Source of the DNA: the human T2T-CHM13v2.0 reference genome, Homo sapiens | Strand: one strand, 5' to 3' | Length of the DNA: 64,000 bases | Assembly (NCBI RefSeq): GCF_009914755.1 | Contig: NC_060947.1 | Shown here: positions 14,402-25,445 of the stretch, one piece after another | Layout: each line of letters starts with the position of its first letter | Position numbering within the stretch: the first letter of the stretch is position 1 | Position numbers and translations under genes: made by a program | The notes under the pieces: model-generated | What the model saw: only the letters and a program-made list of their open reading frames with translations | Databases searched by the model: none | Told to the model about the DNA's origin: nothing

Positions 14402-17400
14402 AGAATTATTCTTTTGTAGTTATTTTGAAATATACAATAGATTATTGTTAACTATAGTCACCCTACTGATTTATCAAACACTAAGTCTTATTTCTTTTAT
14501 CAAACTGTGTGTTTGTACCCATTACTCAACTTATCTTTATCCCCTCTTTCCCTTACCCCTCCTGGCCTCAGGTAACTGCCAATCTACTCTGTATCTTTAT
14601 GAGATCTACTTTTTCAGCTCCCACATATGAATGAGAATATGTGATATTTATCTTTCTGTGCCTGGTTAATTTCAGTTACTAATGACCTCCATGTTCATCC
14701 ATGCTGCTGAAAATGATTTAATTATTTTTTATGGTGGAATAATATTATATAATATGTACACACAATACATGGCTGAATAATATTTCATTATATTATGTAT
14801 ATGTATATATGTCACATTTTATTTATCCATTCATCTATTGATGGGTACCTACACTGATTCCATATTTGGGCTGTTTTGAATAGTGCTGCAATAAACATGG
14901 AAGTGTAGATCTCTCTTTGATATATTTGTCTTTTTTCTTTTGGATATATACCCAGTAGTGGGATTGCTAGATAATATGGTAGCTCTATTTTTAGTTTTTT
15001 TTGAGAACCCTCCATACAGTTTTCCATAATGGCTATGCTAACTTACATTCCCACCTTCCTCTACATCCTTGCCAGTGTTTGTTAGTCCCTGTCATTTTTT
15101 AAAGACCATTTTAACATGGGTGAAATGATATCTCATTGTTGTTTTGGTTTGCATTTATTTGATGAATAATGATATTGAAAATTTTTCATATATCTGTTGG
15201 CCATTTGTATGTCTTCTTGTGAGGAATGTCTATTCTGATCTTTTGCTCATTTCTTAATCAGATTATTTGTTTTTTTGCGGTTGAATTGTTTAAACTCCTC
15301 ATGTATTCTGACTATTAATCCCTTGTCAGATGGGTAGTTTGCACATATTTTCTCCCATTCTATGTGTTGTCTCTTTACTTTGTTGATTGTTTTCTTTGCT
15401 GTGCAGAGCTTTTTAGGCGGAGGTAATCCCATTTGTCTACTTTTGCTACTTTTGCTTTGGTTGCCTGGGCTTTTGAGGTCTCACACAAAAAATTCTTTGC
15501 CCAGAGCTATGTCCTGGAGCATTTCCCCAATGATTTTTTTTTCTAGTAGTTTTATAGCTTTAGGTCTTAGATTTAAGTTTTTAATCCATTTTGATTTGAT
15601 GTTTGTGTATGGTGAGAGTTAGAAATCTTTTTTCATTCTTCTGGATGTGATTGGTTATCCGGTTTTCCCAGCACTATTTATTGAAGAGACTCTCCTTTCC
15701 CCATTGGATGTTCTTGTTGCGTTTGTCAAAAATGAGTTGTCTTTAAATGTGTGGATTAATGCCTGTGTTCTCTATTTTGTACCATTGATCTGTGTCTATC
15801 TTTATGTCAGCACCATGCTGATTTGGTTACTATGTCTTTGTAGTATATTTTGAAGTCAGGTAATGTGATGCGTACACCTTTGTTCATTTTGCTCAGGATT
15901 GCTTTGCTTATTTGAGTTTTTTTTTTTTTTTTGTAGTTCCATGTAAATTTTAAGTTTTTTTCTATTTCTGTGAAGAATGTGATTGATATTTTGATAGGGA
16001 TTACATTGAATCTGTAAATAGCTTTGAGTAGCATTGTCATTTTAACAATATTAACAATATTAATTCTTCCAATCAATGAGCATGAAAAATCTTTCATTTT
16101 TTATGCTTTTTCAATTTATTTCGTCAGGGTTTTATAGTTCTCTTTGTGTAGAACTTTCACTCCTTTGGCTAAATTGATTCCTAGATATTTTATATTCTTT
16201 GTAGCTATTATAAATGAGATTTCTTTCTTGATTTCTTTTTGAGATTGCTTGCTGTTGGTGTATATAAATGCTATTCATATTTATTTGGTTTTTTTGTATC
16301 CTGCAAATTTACTGAATTTACCAATTCTAACAGTTTTTTGGTGAACTCTAGTTTTTTCTAAGTATAAGATCATATTGCTTGCAAAAAGGCTAATTTGATA
16401 TCTTCCTTTCCAATTTTGATGCCTCTTATTTCTTTCTCTTGCCTAGTTGCTCTGTCTAGGACTTCCATTATTATATCGAATAAAGGTAGTGAAAGTGGGC
16501 ATCCTTGTCTTGTTACAGATCTTAGAGAAAATTTCAATTTTTTCTCATTTAGTACAATATTAGCTGTGGGTTTAGCATATATGCATTTTATTATTTTGAG
16601 GAATGTTCCTTCTATACCCAGTTTGATGAGAATCTTTTTTATCATAAAGATATGTTGGATTTTATCTAATACTTTTTCAGTATCTATTGAAATGATCATG
16701 TGGTTTTTGTTCTCATGTCCTTGTATCGTATTTATTGATTTGTATATGTTGAATCATCCTTGCATCCCAAGGATGAATCACACTTGATCATGGTGAATGA
16801 TCTTTTAAATATGTTGTTGAATTTGATTTGCTAGTGCTTTCTTAATGATTTTTGCATCTGTTTTCATCAGCGATATTGGCCTATAGTTTTCTTTTTTTGT
16901 TGTGTCCTTGTCTTGTTTTTGTATTCAGGTCTTACAGAATGAGTTTGGAAGTATTTTCTTTTTGTCAATTTTTTTGAAGAATGTAAATAGAATTAGTATT
17001 GGTTCTTCTTCAAATGTTTGGTAGAATTCAGCAGTAAAGCCATTGGGTCCCGGGCTATTCCTTGGTGGGAGACATTTGATTATGGCTTTGATCTCATTAC
17101 CAGTTTCTTCACATTTTCTATTTCTTCATAGTTCAATATTCATAGGTTTTATGTGTCCCAGAATTTATCCATTTCTTCTAAGTTTTCCAATTTCTTGGCA
17201 TATGGTTGTTCATAATAGTCTCTAATGATTCTTTGTATTTTTGTGGTCTCAATTGTTATGTTTTCTTTTTGGTTCCTGATTTTATTTATTTGGGCCTTCT
17301 GTCTTTTTTTCTTAGTCTAGCTAAAGGTTTGTCAATTTTGTTTCTTTTCAAAAAGCCAACTTTTTGTTTTGTCGATCTTCTGTACTTTTTTGCCTTATGT

Positions 17401-17755
17401 CCTACCATTACCAGAGGGTCTCCTATATTCCAGGGTTTTGTTTGTTTGTTTGTTTGTTTCAATTTCGTTTGTTTCTGCTTAGATCTTTATTATTTCTTTC
17501 CTTCTACTAATTTTGTTTTTGGTTTGTTATTGCTTTTCTGGTTCCGTGAGGTGCATTGTTAAGTTGTTTATTTGAAGTCTTTCTACTTTTTTGATATAGG
17601 CACTTATTACTATGAACTTTGCTAGTAGTACTGCTTTTGCTGTGTCGCATAGATTTTGGTGTTGTATTTCTATTTTCAATCATTTCAAGAAAGTTTTCAG
17701 TTGCCCTTTTAATTTCTTTATTCATTCATTGATCATTCCAGAGCATGTTGCTAAA

Positions 17756-18070
17756 TTATTTTTATTTTTATTTTTATTTTATTATTTGAGACAGGGTTTC
17801 ACTCTGTCACCCAAGCTGGAGTGCAGTGGCACAATTACAGCTCACTCTAGCCCTGACATCCTGGGCTCAGGCAATCCTCTCACCTCAGCCTCCCAAGTAG
17901 CTGGGACTAGTGGCATGTGCCAGCATGCCCAACCAATTTTTAAAAATTTTTGTAGAGACTTATATTTCCCATCTTGCCCAGGCTGCTCTTGAACTCCTGG
18001 GCTCAAGCAGTCTTCCTGCCTCAGCCTCTCAAAGTGCTAGGATAATAAGCAGGAGCCACCAAGCCCAGCC
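17756..18070 (-). mobile_element. AluJ in L1 ORF2
   Basis: J-type features 'acagctcact...ctgggctcaggcaatcctc' and 'ctgggctcaagcag'. Confidence 0.9.
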
Positions 18071-18077
18071 TGAATCC

Positions 18078-18232
18078 TTTTTTTTTTTTTTTTGGTATAG
18101 AGTCTTGCTCTGTCAAGTGCAGACTTGACAGAGTGCAGTGGCGTGATCTCGACTCACTGCAACCTCTGCCTCCTGGGTTCAAGTGATTCTCCTGCCTCAG
18201 TCTCCTGAGTTGCTGGGATTACAGGCACCCCG
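18078..18232 (-). mobile_element. 5'-truncated Alu (right arm only, AluS-like)
   Basis: Poly-T tail plus right monomer; TSD AGCCTGAAT at 18067 and 18233. Confidence 0.85.
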
Positions 18233-20535
18233 AGCCTGAATTTTTACGTGCTTGTGTAGTTTCCAAGGTTCTTCTTGTTATTGATTTCTAGTTTTATTCC
18301 ATTGTTGTCAGAAAATATACTGATGTGATTTCTACTTTTCTGAATTTGTTGAGGCTTGTTTTGTGGCCTAAGAGATGGTCTACCCTGGCTACTGTTTCAT
18401 GCACTGATAATAAAGAATGTGTACTTGGTAACAGTTGGGTGAAATAATTTTTCAATTCTAGATAGCCCTATTTGGTTTAGTGTGTAGTTTAACTGTGATA
18501 TTTCTTTGTCGATTTTCTGTCTGGATGATCTGTCCATTACTTATATTGAAGTGTTGAATCCCATACTTTTGTTTTATTGCAGTCCATCTCTCCTTTTAAA
18601 TCTATTAATGTTTGTTTTATATACTTGGGAGCTCTGGTGTTGGGTAAATAGGTATTTATAATTGTTCCATTCTCTTGCTGAACAGAACCCTTTATCATGA
18701 TGTAGTGACCTTCTTAGTCTCTTTTTACAGTCTTTTATTTTCAGTCTACTTTATTTGATGTAATTATAGCTACTGCTACTCTTTTTTGTTTACCAGTTGC
18801 ATGGAATATCTTTTCCCAACACTTCAATTTCAGTCTATGTGTATCTTTATAAATGAAGTGGAATTCTTGAAGGCAGCATATGGGTAGGACTTGTTTCTTT
18901 ATCCATTCAGCAGCTTTATGCCTTTTAATTGGATAATTTAGTCCATTTACGTTCAATGTTATTATTGATAAGTAAGGACTTACTACTGCCATTTTGTTGC
19001 TTGTGTTCTGGTTGTTTTAGAACTCCTCTCTTTGTTCCTTTCCTATTGTCTTCCTTTATGGTTAAGTGATTTTTCTCTGGTAGTATGTTTTAATTTGTTG
19101 CTTTTTCTTTTCGGTGAATGTATTATTGGTTTTTGCTTTATAGTTACTATGAGGCTTATGAAACATAATTATAACATTCTTTTGAAGAGACGACAACTTA
19201 TCTTAGATAAAAAAGAAAAGAATAGAAACAAATAATGAAAATATAAAAATAAACTCTACATTTTAGCTACATCCCCCCACAGTTTGACTCTGTTTTCTCA
19301 ATTTACATAGATTTATATTGCCTATCTCTTAACAGCTTGCTGTAGGTATTATTATTATGAAAGATTTGTCTTTTGGGCTTCATACTACAGTTATGTATGG
19401 TTTACACACCAAAATTACAGTATTAGAGTATTCTGGATTTGTTTTTGTACTTAATTTTACCAGTGGGTTTTACACCTTCAAATATTTTCTTTTTGCATGT
19501 TAGTTTTTTTTCAGATCGAAGAACTCTCTTTTGCATTTCTTATTAAACAGATCGGGTCATGGTTAATTCTCTCAACTTTTGTTTTTCTGGGAAAAACATT
19601 ATTTCTCATTCATACTTGATGGACAGTTTTGCCAGATAAAGTGTTTTTGAATGGCAGTTTTTTTTTTCTTTCAGCTCTTTGAAAAATGTCATCCCACCCC
19701 TTCCTGTCCTTATTGAGAAGTCTGTTGCTTATGAACTTGGAACTCCTTTATGTGTTATTTGCTTCTTTTCTCTTGCTGCTTTTAGGATCTGGTATTTGTC
19801 TTTGACTTTTGAGAGTTTGTTGATTATACAACTTTGAGTAATCTTATTTGGGTCGAATGTATTTTGTGTTCTCTGGCCTTCTCATATGTGGATATTTGTC
19901 TCTTCTCATATTTTAGAAAGTTTTCTGTTATTATTTCTTTGAATAAGCTTTCTACCCCTTGACCGACTCCCTCTTGAACACAAATAGTTTTTAGATTTGG
20001 TCTTTTTAAGTAATTTTCTATATTTTGTGGGTGAGCTATGCTTCTTTTTATTATGTTTTCTCCTCTGGTTATTTTCAAATACTCTGTCTTCAAGCTCACT
20101 GATTCTTTCCTCTACTTGATTCATTCTGCTCTTGAGAGCTTCTCATGAATTTTTCAGTCCAGCAGATATATTTCTCAGTGCCAATATTTTTGTTTGATTT
20201 TTAAAATTATTTCTCTTTGCTCAATTTTTCTAATAAGTTTCTGAATTCACTAGAAATTTTTCTGTGTTATCTTGGAAATCAGTGAATTTCCTTACAACTA
20301 CCATTGTGTATTCTTGTTCAGAGAGTTCACATATCACCATCTCATTAAGGTCGGTTACTGGTTCCTTGCATTGTCCATTTGAGGAGGTCATAGTTCCCTA
20401 TTTGTTGTTTCTTGTGGATGTATATCTATGTTTTTGGATTTAAGGATCAGTTATTTATTCCAGTGTTCCTTGTTTTAATTTTTATTGGATGTGTTTGCTT
20501 AAAGATTCTTTTAATTTACCTGTTGATTTGATTTT

Positions 20536-20613
20536 CTCTTCTTCTTCTTCTCCTTCTCCTCCTCCTCCTCCTCCTCCTCCTCCTCCTCCTCCTTCTCATT
20601 CTTCTTCTTCTTT
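20536..20613. repeat. (CTT)n(CCT)n trinucleotide microsatellite within the L1 5' region
   Basis: Seen directly. Confidence 0.9.
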
Positions 20614-21330
20614 GTGCGTGCGTGCATGTATGCTACTTCCTTTTCAGCACCAGGTGGTTCCTTAAGCACAGGTTTGCTTTGGTTCTAGTAAACCATCAGA
20701 GTGCTTCCTGTCCTGAATGAGGGAGGTATCCAAGGGGATATTGCAGTACTATGGGAAGGCTATCTTGGGTTTCATGCCCAGGGACCTGTGGAACAAACTT
20801 CCTACAGTATAGTACTGCTGAATGGCCACCTAATTTGTTGTCTTTTTTTTTTTTGCTGAGTTACAGAGTAGTTTCCAGGGCTGAGAATGGTAGTCTCACC
20901 TCCCCTTTGTATCTCTGGCTGTCCTCGGGGATATTTCTGTCTTCAGGTACTCCTGATGTTTCCAGTGGGCTGAGGCAGAGACAGTTCTGCCCAGAAACCC
21001 AAGATGGTGGGGAAAGTCATTGCTCACCTCAATCTCACTTTCACTAGTTTGGAAACCATGAGTTGTGGGGACATTTTTTTTTGCATACTTGGTGCCAGGT
21101 AGATTAGAGGAGAGGGAGTGTCATGGATGTGAAAGACTGATTCTCTTATTCTCTGTCAGAGTTTCTTCACTTCTCTATGGCCCTAAGAACTGTCTCATCC
21201 TCATATTTGAGTTCTGGGATATTGCTGGTAATAATCTCAGTGTTGTGCATTTGTTTTTGGTTTTCTGTTGAGGGGAGGAAGTAAAGCCAGCTTAGCTCTG
21301 CATCACCATTATGAAACCAGAAGTCTGTGC

Positions 21331-21737
21331 TTATTTATTATTATTATTTTATATTTTATTTTTTCTTTCTTTCTTTCTTTTTTCCTTCCTTCCTTCCTTC
21401 TTTCCTTCCTTTCTTTCTCTCTCCTTCCTTCCTTCCTTCCTCTCTCTCTCTCCTTCCTTCATTTCTCCCTTCTCTTCCCTCCCCTTCTCTCCCCTCCCTT
21501 CCCTCCCCTTCTCTCCCCTCCCTTCCCTCCCCTTCTCTGCCCTCCCCTCCCCTCCCTTTCCCTCCCCTCCCCTTCCCTTCCCCTCCCCTCCCCTTCCCCT
21601 CCCATCCCCTCCCCTTCCCTCCCCCTCCCCTCCCCTCCCCTTCCCCTCCCGTCCCCTCCCCTTCCCTTCCCCTCCCCTCCCCTTCCCTTCCCTTCCCTTT
21701 CCCTCCCCTCCCCTTCCCTTCCCTTCCCTTCCTTCAT
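21331..21737. repeat. Long polypyrimidine tract (TTA > CTTT > CCTT > CCCCT/CCCTT), an expanded Alu tail
   Basis: ~375 bp almost purely C/T on the + strand, abutting the 3' end of an AluJ fragment. Confidence 0.92.
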
Positions 21738-21910
21738 CTTGCTCTGTTTCCCAGGCTGGAATGCAGTGGCTCAATCATGGCTCACTGCACCCTTGACCTC
21801 CCGGGCTCAGGCAGTCCTCCCATCTCAGTCTCCCAAGTATCAGGGACTAAAATCGTCTCTACAATTAAAAAAAATGTAGAGACATAGCCTTGCTATGTTG
21901 CCTAGGCTGG
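21738..21910 (-). mobile_element. 5'-truncated AluJ with rearranged linker
   Basis: 'gctctgtttcccaggctggaatgcagtggctcaatcatggctcactgc'; approximate TSD TGTGC..TTTATT at 21326 and 21912. Confidence 0.85.
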
Positions 21911-23269
21911 ATGTGCATCTTTATTCTTAAAAAAACAACTTACAGAAGGACTCAAAACATATGATACCCTCAAAAGCTTCCATTTTAGATAGTACCTATA
22001 GTGTGTTCAAGAAGCTAGCTAACATTCTGTTGTTTTCTTTACTGACAAATTTAAGCCAAAGTTTCTAAATATGGCATTTTACATGAGGAATAAGTAGGAT
22101 TTAGCTGTGGCTATTCCAGTATTGATAATACTTATAATCTTTAAAAAATAGAGAAAAGTCTATTGAAAATTGTAATAGCTGGGATTTTCATTTACTTTTT
22201 TTTTGGACTTAGCTTTTGTGGTAGAAACCACATGACAATTAGTCTGCACAAAATCACTGTAAACTCTATAGTATGTACTTGGAGAGAACTTGTTTCCTTA
22301 GAAATGCTATAAGATTTAGGGACTTTAAGAAACATTTTCCCACATGACAGATAACAATTTTGGTGGCAAATCTTCATTGTGAAATCAATCTCCTCCTTCT
22401 ACTGTTTTTTTTAATACTTAAAAACATTATCTGGATTTATATCTCTGTCCTATAGAAAGTATGTCAAGTGTACCTGTGGTTGTCACTCATTAATGCACAT
22501 AAGAAACACATGAAATAAGTGGATTCCTGATCCCAGCTCAAATACACTTAATAAGAGTATCCGACTTTAGGAAGCAGGATTTTTCCAGTTTGTGGATCTG
22601 AGTCTCATGTGAACTGTTAGGTAAGAATAATTGTGATGTATGCAATTTGTGGACTTAACTGTTCCCAAAAAGAAGGGTGTCTGTCTGAAAGGCTAGCTTA
22701 AATTCAACGGTTACTGAATGAAAATAATTATTTTTGTAAGATATTTTCTAAAATGTGATTGGTTTATATTTGACAACTATATAAAACAGGATTTCTGAGG
22801 CTAAAATTGAATTGCATATTTGGTTCCAAGCCTCCTAATACCCAAAGAAAAAAAACAATGAATATTATGTGCTTTACATTGTCTATATAAATTTTTGAAG
22901 ACATCCAGGATCATTTACAATTTCTCCAAGAATATTGAGCCTTCATAAACTTGAAGGATTGAAACATTAGAGGTGAGTCAGCCCTCACTAATCCCTTAAG
23001 ATCAACCAGTATGATATGGAATAAGTCTTTATGTGAGAAAAAATAAAAATAAAAATAGAATTGATGGAGGACTAGAGATTTTGATGCTGTAACTCCTTGG
23101 CAGTGTCCTACAGGTTTCTAGGTACAGTCTTGCCTTTCTTTGATTGCTAAATGATATTTATGTGTTATTAGTCTTACCACTTTTTTATATGGAGAAGTCA
23201 AAAATTAGTACTCTACAAATTCTAAGAGTAACTTATAATTCTTTAAATTCTTTAACATTTTTGTTCTGT

Positions 23270-23885
23270 TACAATAACATTTACTAAGTACTTGCAATAC
23301 CACTTTATGCCAGTCACTTGGTTCATATCCTCATAAAAATGTTATAGGGCAGAATATCAGTCAGAGTTCTACCAGGGAAACAGAACTTGTAGAAGCTATA
23401 TATTAAGAGATTTATTGCAAGGAATTGTACCACACAATGATGGTGGCTGATAAGACAAGTTCAAAATCTGTACGGCAGGCTGTCAGAAAATGTAGTCTGG
23501 AATTCTCAGGTACAAACTGAAGCTGCAGTCTACAGATGGAATTTCTTCTTCAGAAAAGCCTCAGCTCTGCTCTTAAGCCCTTTTACTAGATTGAATCAGG
23601 CCCACCCAGATTATCCAGGCTAATCTTCCTTACTTAAACTGATTATGGACTTTAATCTGGTCTACAAATATTTTCTCAGCAGCACCTAGATTAGTGTTTG
23701 GTTGAATTAATGGGATTGTAGCCTAGCCACATTGGCATGTAAAACTGACCATCACAGGTATGAACTTTTATTGTTCTAATTTTACAAAATCAGGAAACTG
23801 ACTTTGAAAAAGTTAAAGTAAATTGCTACAATTGAGAAATGATGGAACATTGAACCTAAGTTTGTCCAAACCCAGAACCCATATT
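23270..23885 (-). mobile_element. MIR, split by an MLT2 LTR
   Basis: 'aataacatttactaagtac' before the LTR and 'attttacaaaatcaggaaactgac...ttgaacctaagtttgtc' after it. Confidence 0.55.
23353..23756 (-). mobile_element. ERVL solo LTR (MLT2D-like)
   Basis: 'gagatttattgcaaggaattg...gattgaatcaggcccacccagattatc...cctagccacattggcatgtaaaactgaccatcaca'. Confidence 0.85.
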
Positions 23886-23942
23886 ATAAAACCCAGATGG
23901 AAAGTTGGCATTTGACTACTAAACTATTAAAGAAATGAATGC

Positions 23943-24010
23943 TGTGTGTGCTCTGGTGCACACACATGCACACACACGCATGCGCCCACACGCACACACA
24001 CACACACCAC
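23943..24010. repeat. Degenerate (CA)n microsatellite
   Basis: Seen directly. Confidence 0.8.
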
Positions 24011-25289
24011 TACCACTGCCATACAGCTATTCAGGAAAAAATTATAAAGGGATATTTAGTACATTTGAATGCATGTATTAATATTGCGGAGATTGACCAG
24101 CGTTTTCATTAATTCCGCTAGGTTAATTTTCCTTTTGGAAGCCATGAAAAATGATCTGTTCGTTATAAATTAGAGTAATCTTGGAAGTAATTTGACAGTC
24201 AATCATCATTTAATAAAATTGAAATAAAATGTCAAGAGTAAACTGTAAAAGACAATGGGATCACTCATAGTAATTACTGTCAGTTTAAACTGAGGAAAAC
24301 AGAATCTGATTTTTACCGTTATCAGAATGAGGTAGTTAGTAATGAACCACAAATGTGAATCTGTAAAGTATTGCATTTAATTTGTTGGATTTCTGCATAT
24401 TGGCTTAATGGATGAGTGGCATAAATTTGTAAAAACAGTTACTCTCAAACACATTATACAATAGCACCTAAGGAAATATTTATTATTCTGAGATTACTGA
24501 TTGAATTTGTGATACATTTTATTCTGCTGTGTATGTTCAGAGATAGCTGTAAAGTATGTATCTACTTTGAAAAACAGGAAAGCCTAGTTGGAGGACATTG
24601 GCTGTCAACAGAGTGCTAGAATAAGCAGAAAGAAAAATAAAGCGGAAACAGAGGTACAAACACTAAAAAATTCTTTGAAAGGTGGCATTTGTTCTAGAGT
24701 TTCACATTTTCCAATGACACATTATTTTAACTTGTCCATGAAGTTGAAATCATTTGTGCAAGCCTTGTTTCATAATTTCACTATTTTACTTTTGTTCAAA
24801 TATCAAAATATTTCCCAATTAGACCATACATATACTTGCATAGCCTCCCTCCTTTCATTATCTTCTTTGTAAAACCAACCATTTATAATGAGCAAGACAA
24901 TATCCTCCCTTGAAAATGTTCACTTTCCTTATACTGTGTCTCTACTCAGCATGTGACATTGCCCATAGACTGCAAAAACCATTCTATCTCTTCTAGATCA
25001 CAAACTACCATGCCATCCTTAGGTCTTATTACCCTCCAATACAAACACTTTCTTCTAGTCATACGGGGCCTTTCATTCCCACCATACTTATCCTACATAT
25101 TTCCAGACCAGCCAACACCTCTGCTCACATTGTGGGCCTAACAGTACACTCCTGACTTCTTGCCATATATGTGAATACTGTCGATCTAGAAGCCCAGATC
25201 CTGTAAGATTTCTTTATTAAGCCTGGTCTCTTTCTCTACTGAACTCAGATAGGAGATCAAATCTGAAAGAAGCTTGAAGACAACAGGCA

Positions 25290-25445
25290 TCTGCTGCTTG
25301 AACTCCTTCTTTATAGTCGAGTGAGATGATCTATACCCATGGATATTATGTTTGAAAACCTCTAGTAAAGGAGAACTCATTACTTTTCCATCAGGTTCAG
25401 TCTTTGGATAGTTTTAGAAAGTAGAAAGTTCTTGTCTGTAACTAT
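25290..25445 (-). mobile_element. Possible L3/CR1 fragment
   Basis: 'aaaacctctagtaaaggagaactcattact...ggatagttttagaaagtagaaagttctt' resembles the L3 3' region; highly diverged. Confidence 0.35.

Larger units (their letters stand above)
13930..21325 (-). mobile_element. Apparently full-length ancient L1 (L1MA2-4 type; 5'UTR, ORF1, ORF2, 3'UTR), heavily disabled, containing 3 Alu insertions
   Basis: Minus-strand ORF fragments: ORF2 endonuclease start (18992, 'LSIITLNVNGLNYPIKRH'), RT ('[11 protein letters not shown]', 16370-16699), C-terminus ('IELPYYLAIPLLGIYPKE'), ORF1 coiled coil ('EERISELED', ~20100); 5' end reads GACTTCTGGTTTCATAATGG on the minus strand. Confidence 0.9.

Noticed and set aside
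14812-20124. L1 ORF1/ORF2 peptides as functional CDS
   Set aside because: Fragmented by many stops, frameshifts and three Alu insertions; a fossil element.
21268-21887. Long Pro/Ser-rich and Gly/Arg/Glu-rich ORFs (up to 203 aa)
   Set aside because: Artefact of the C/T-only tract, which cannot encode stop codons, running into an Alu.
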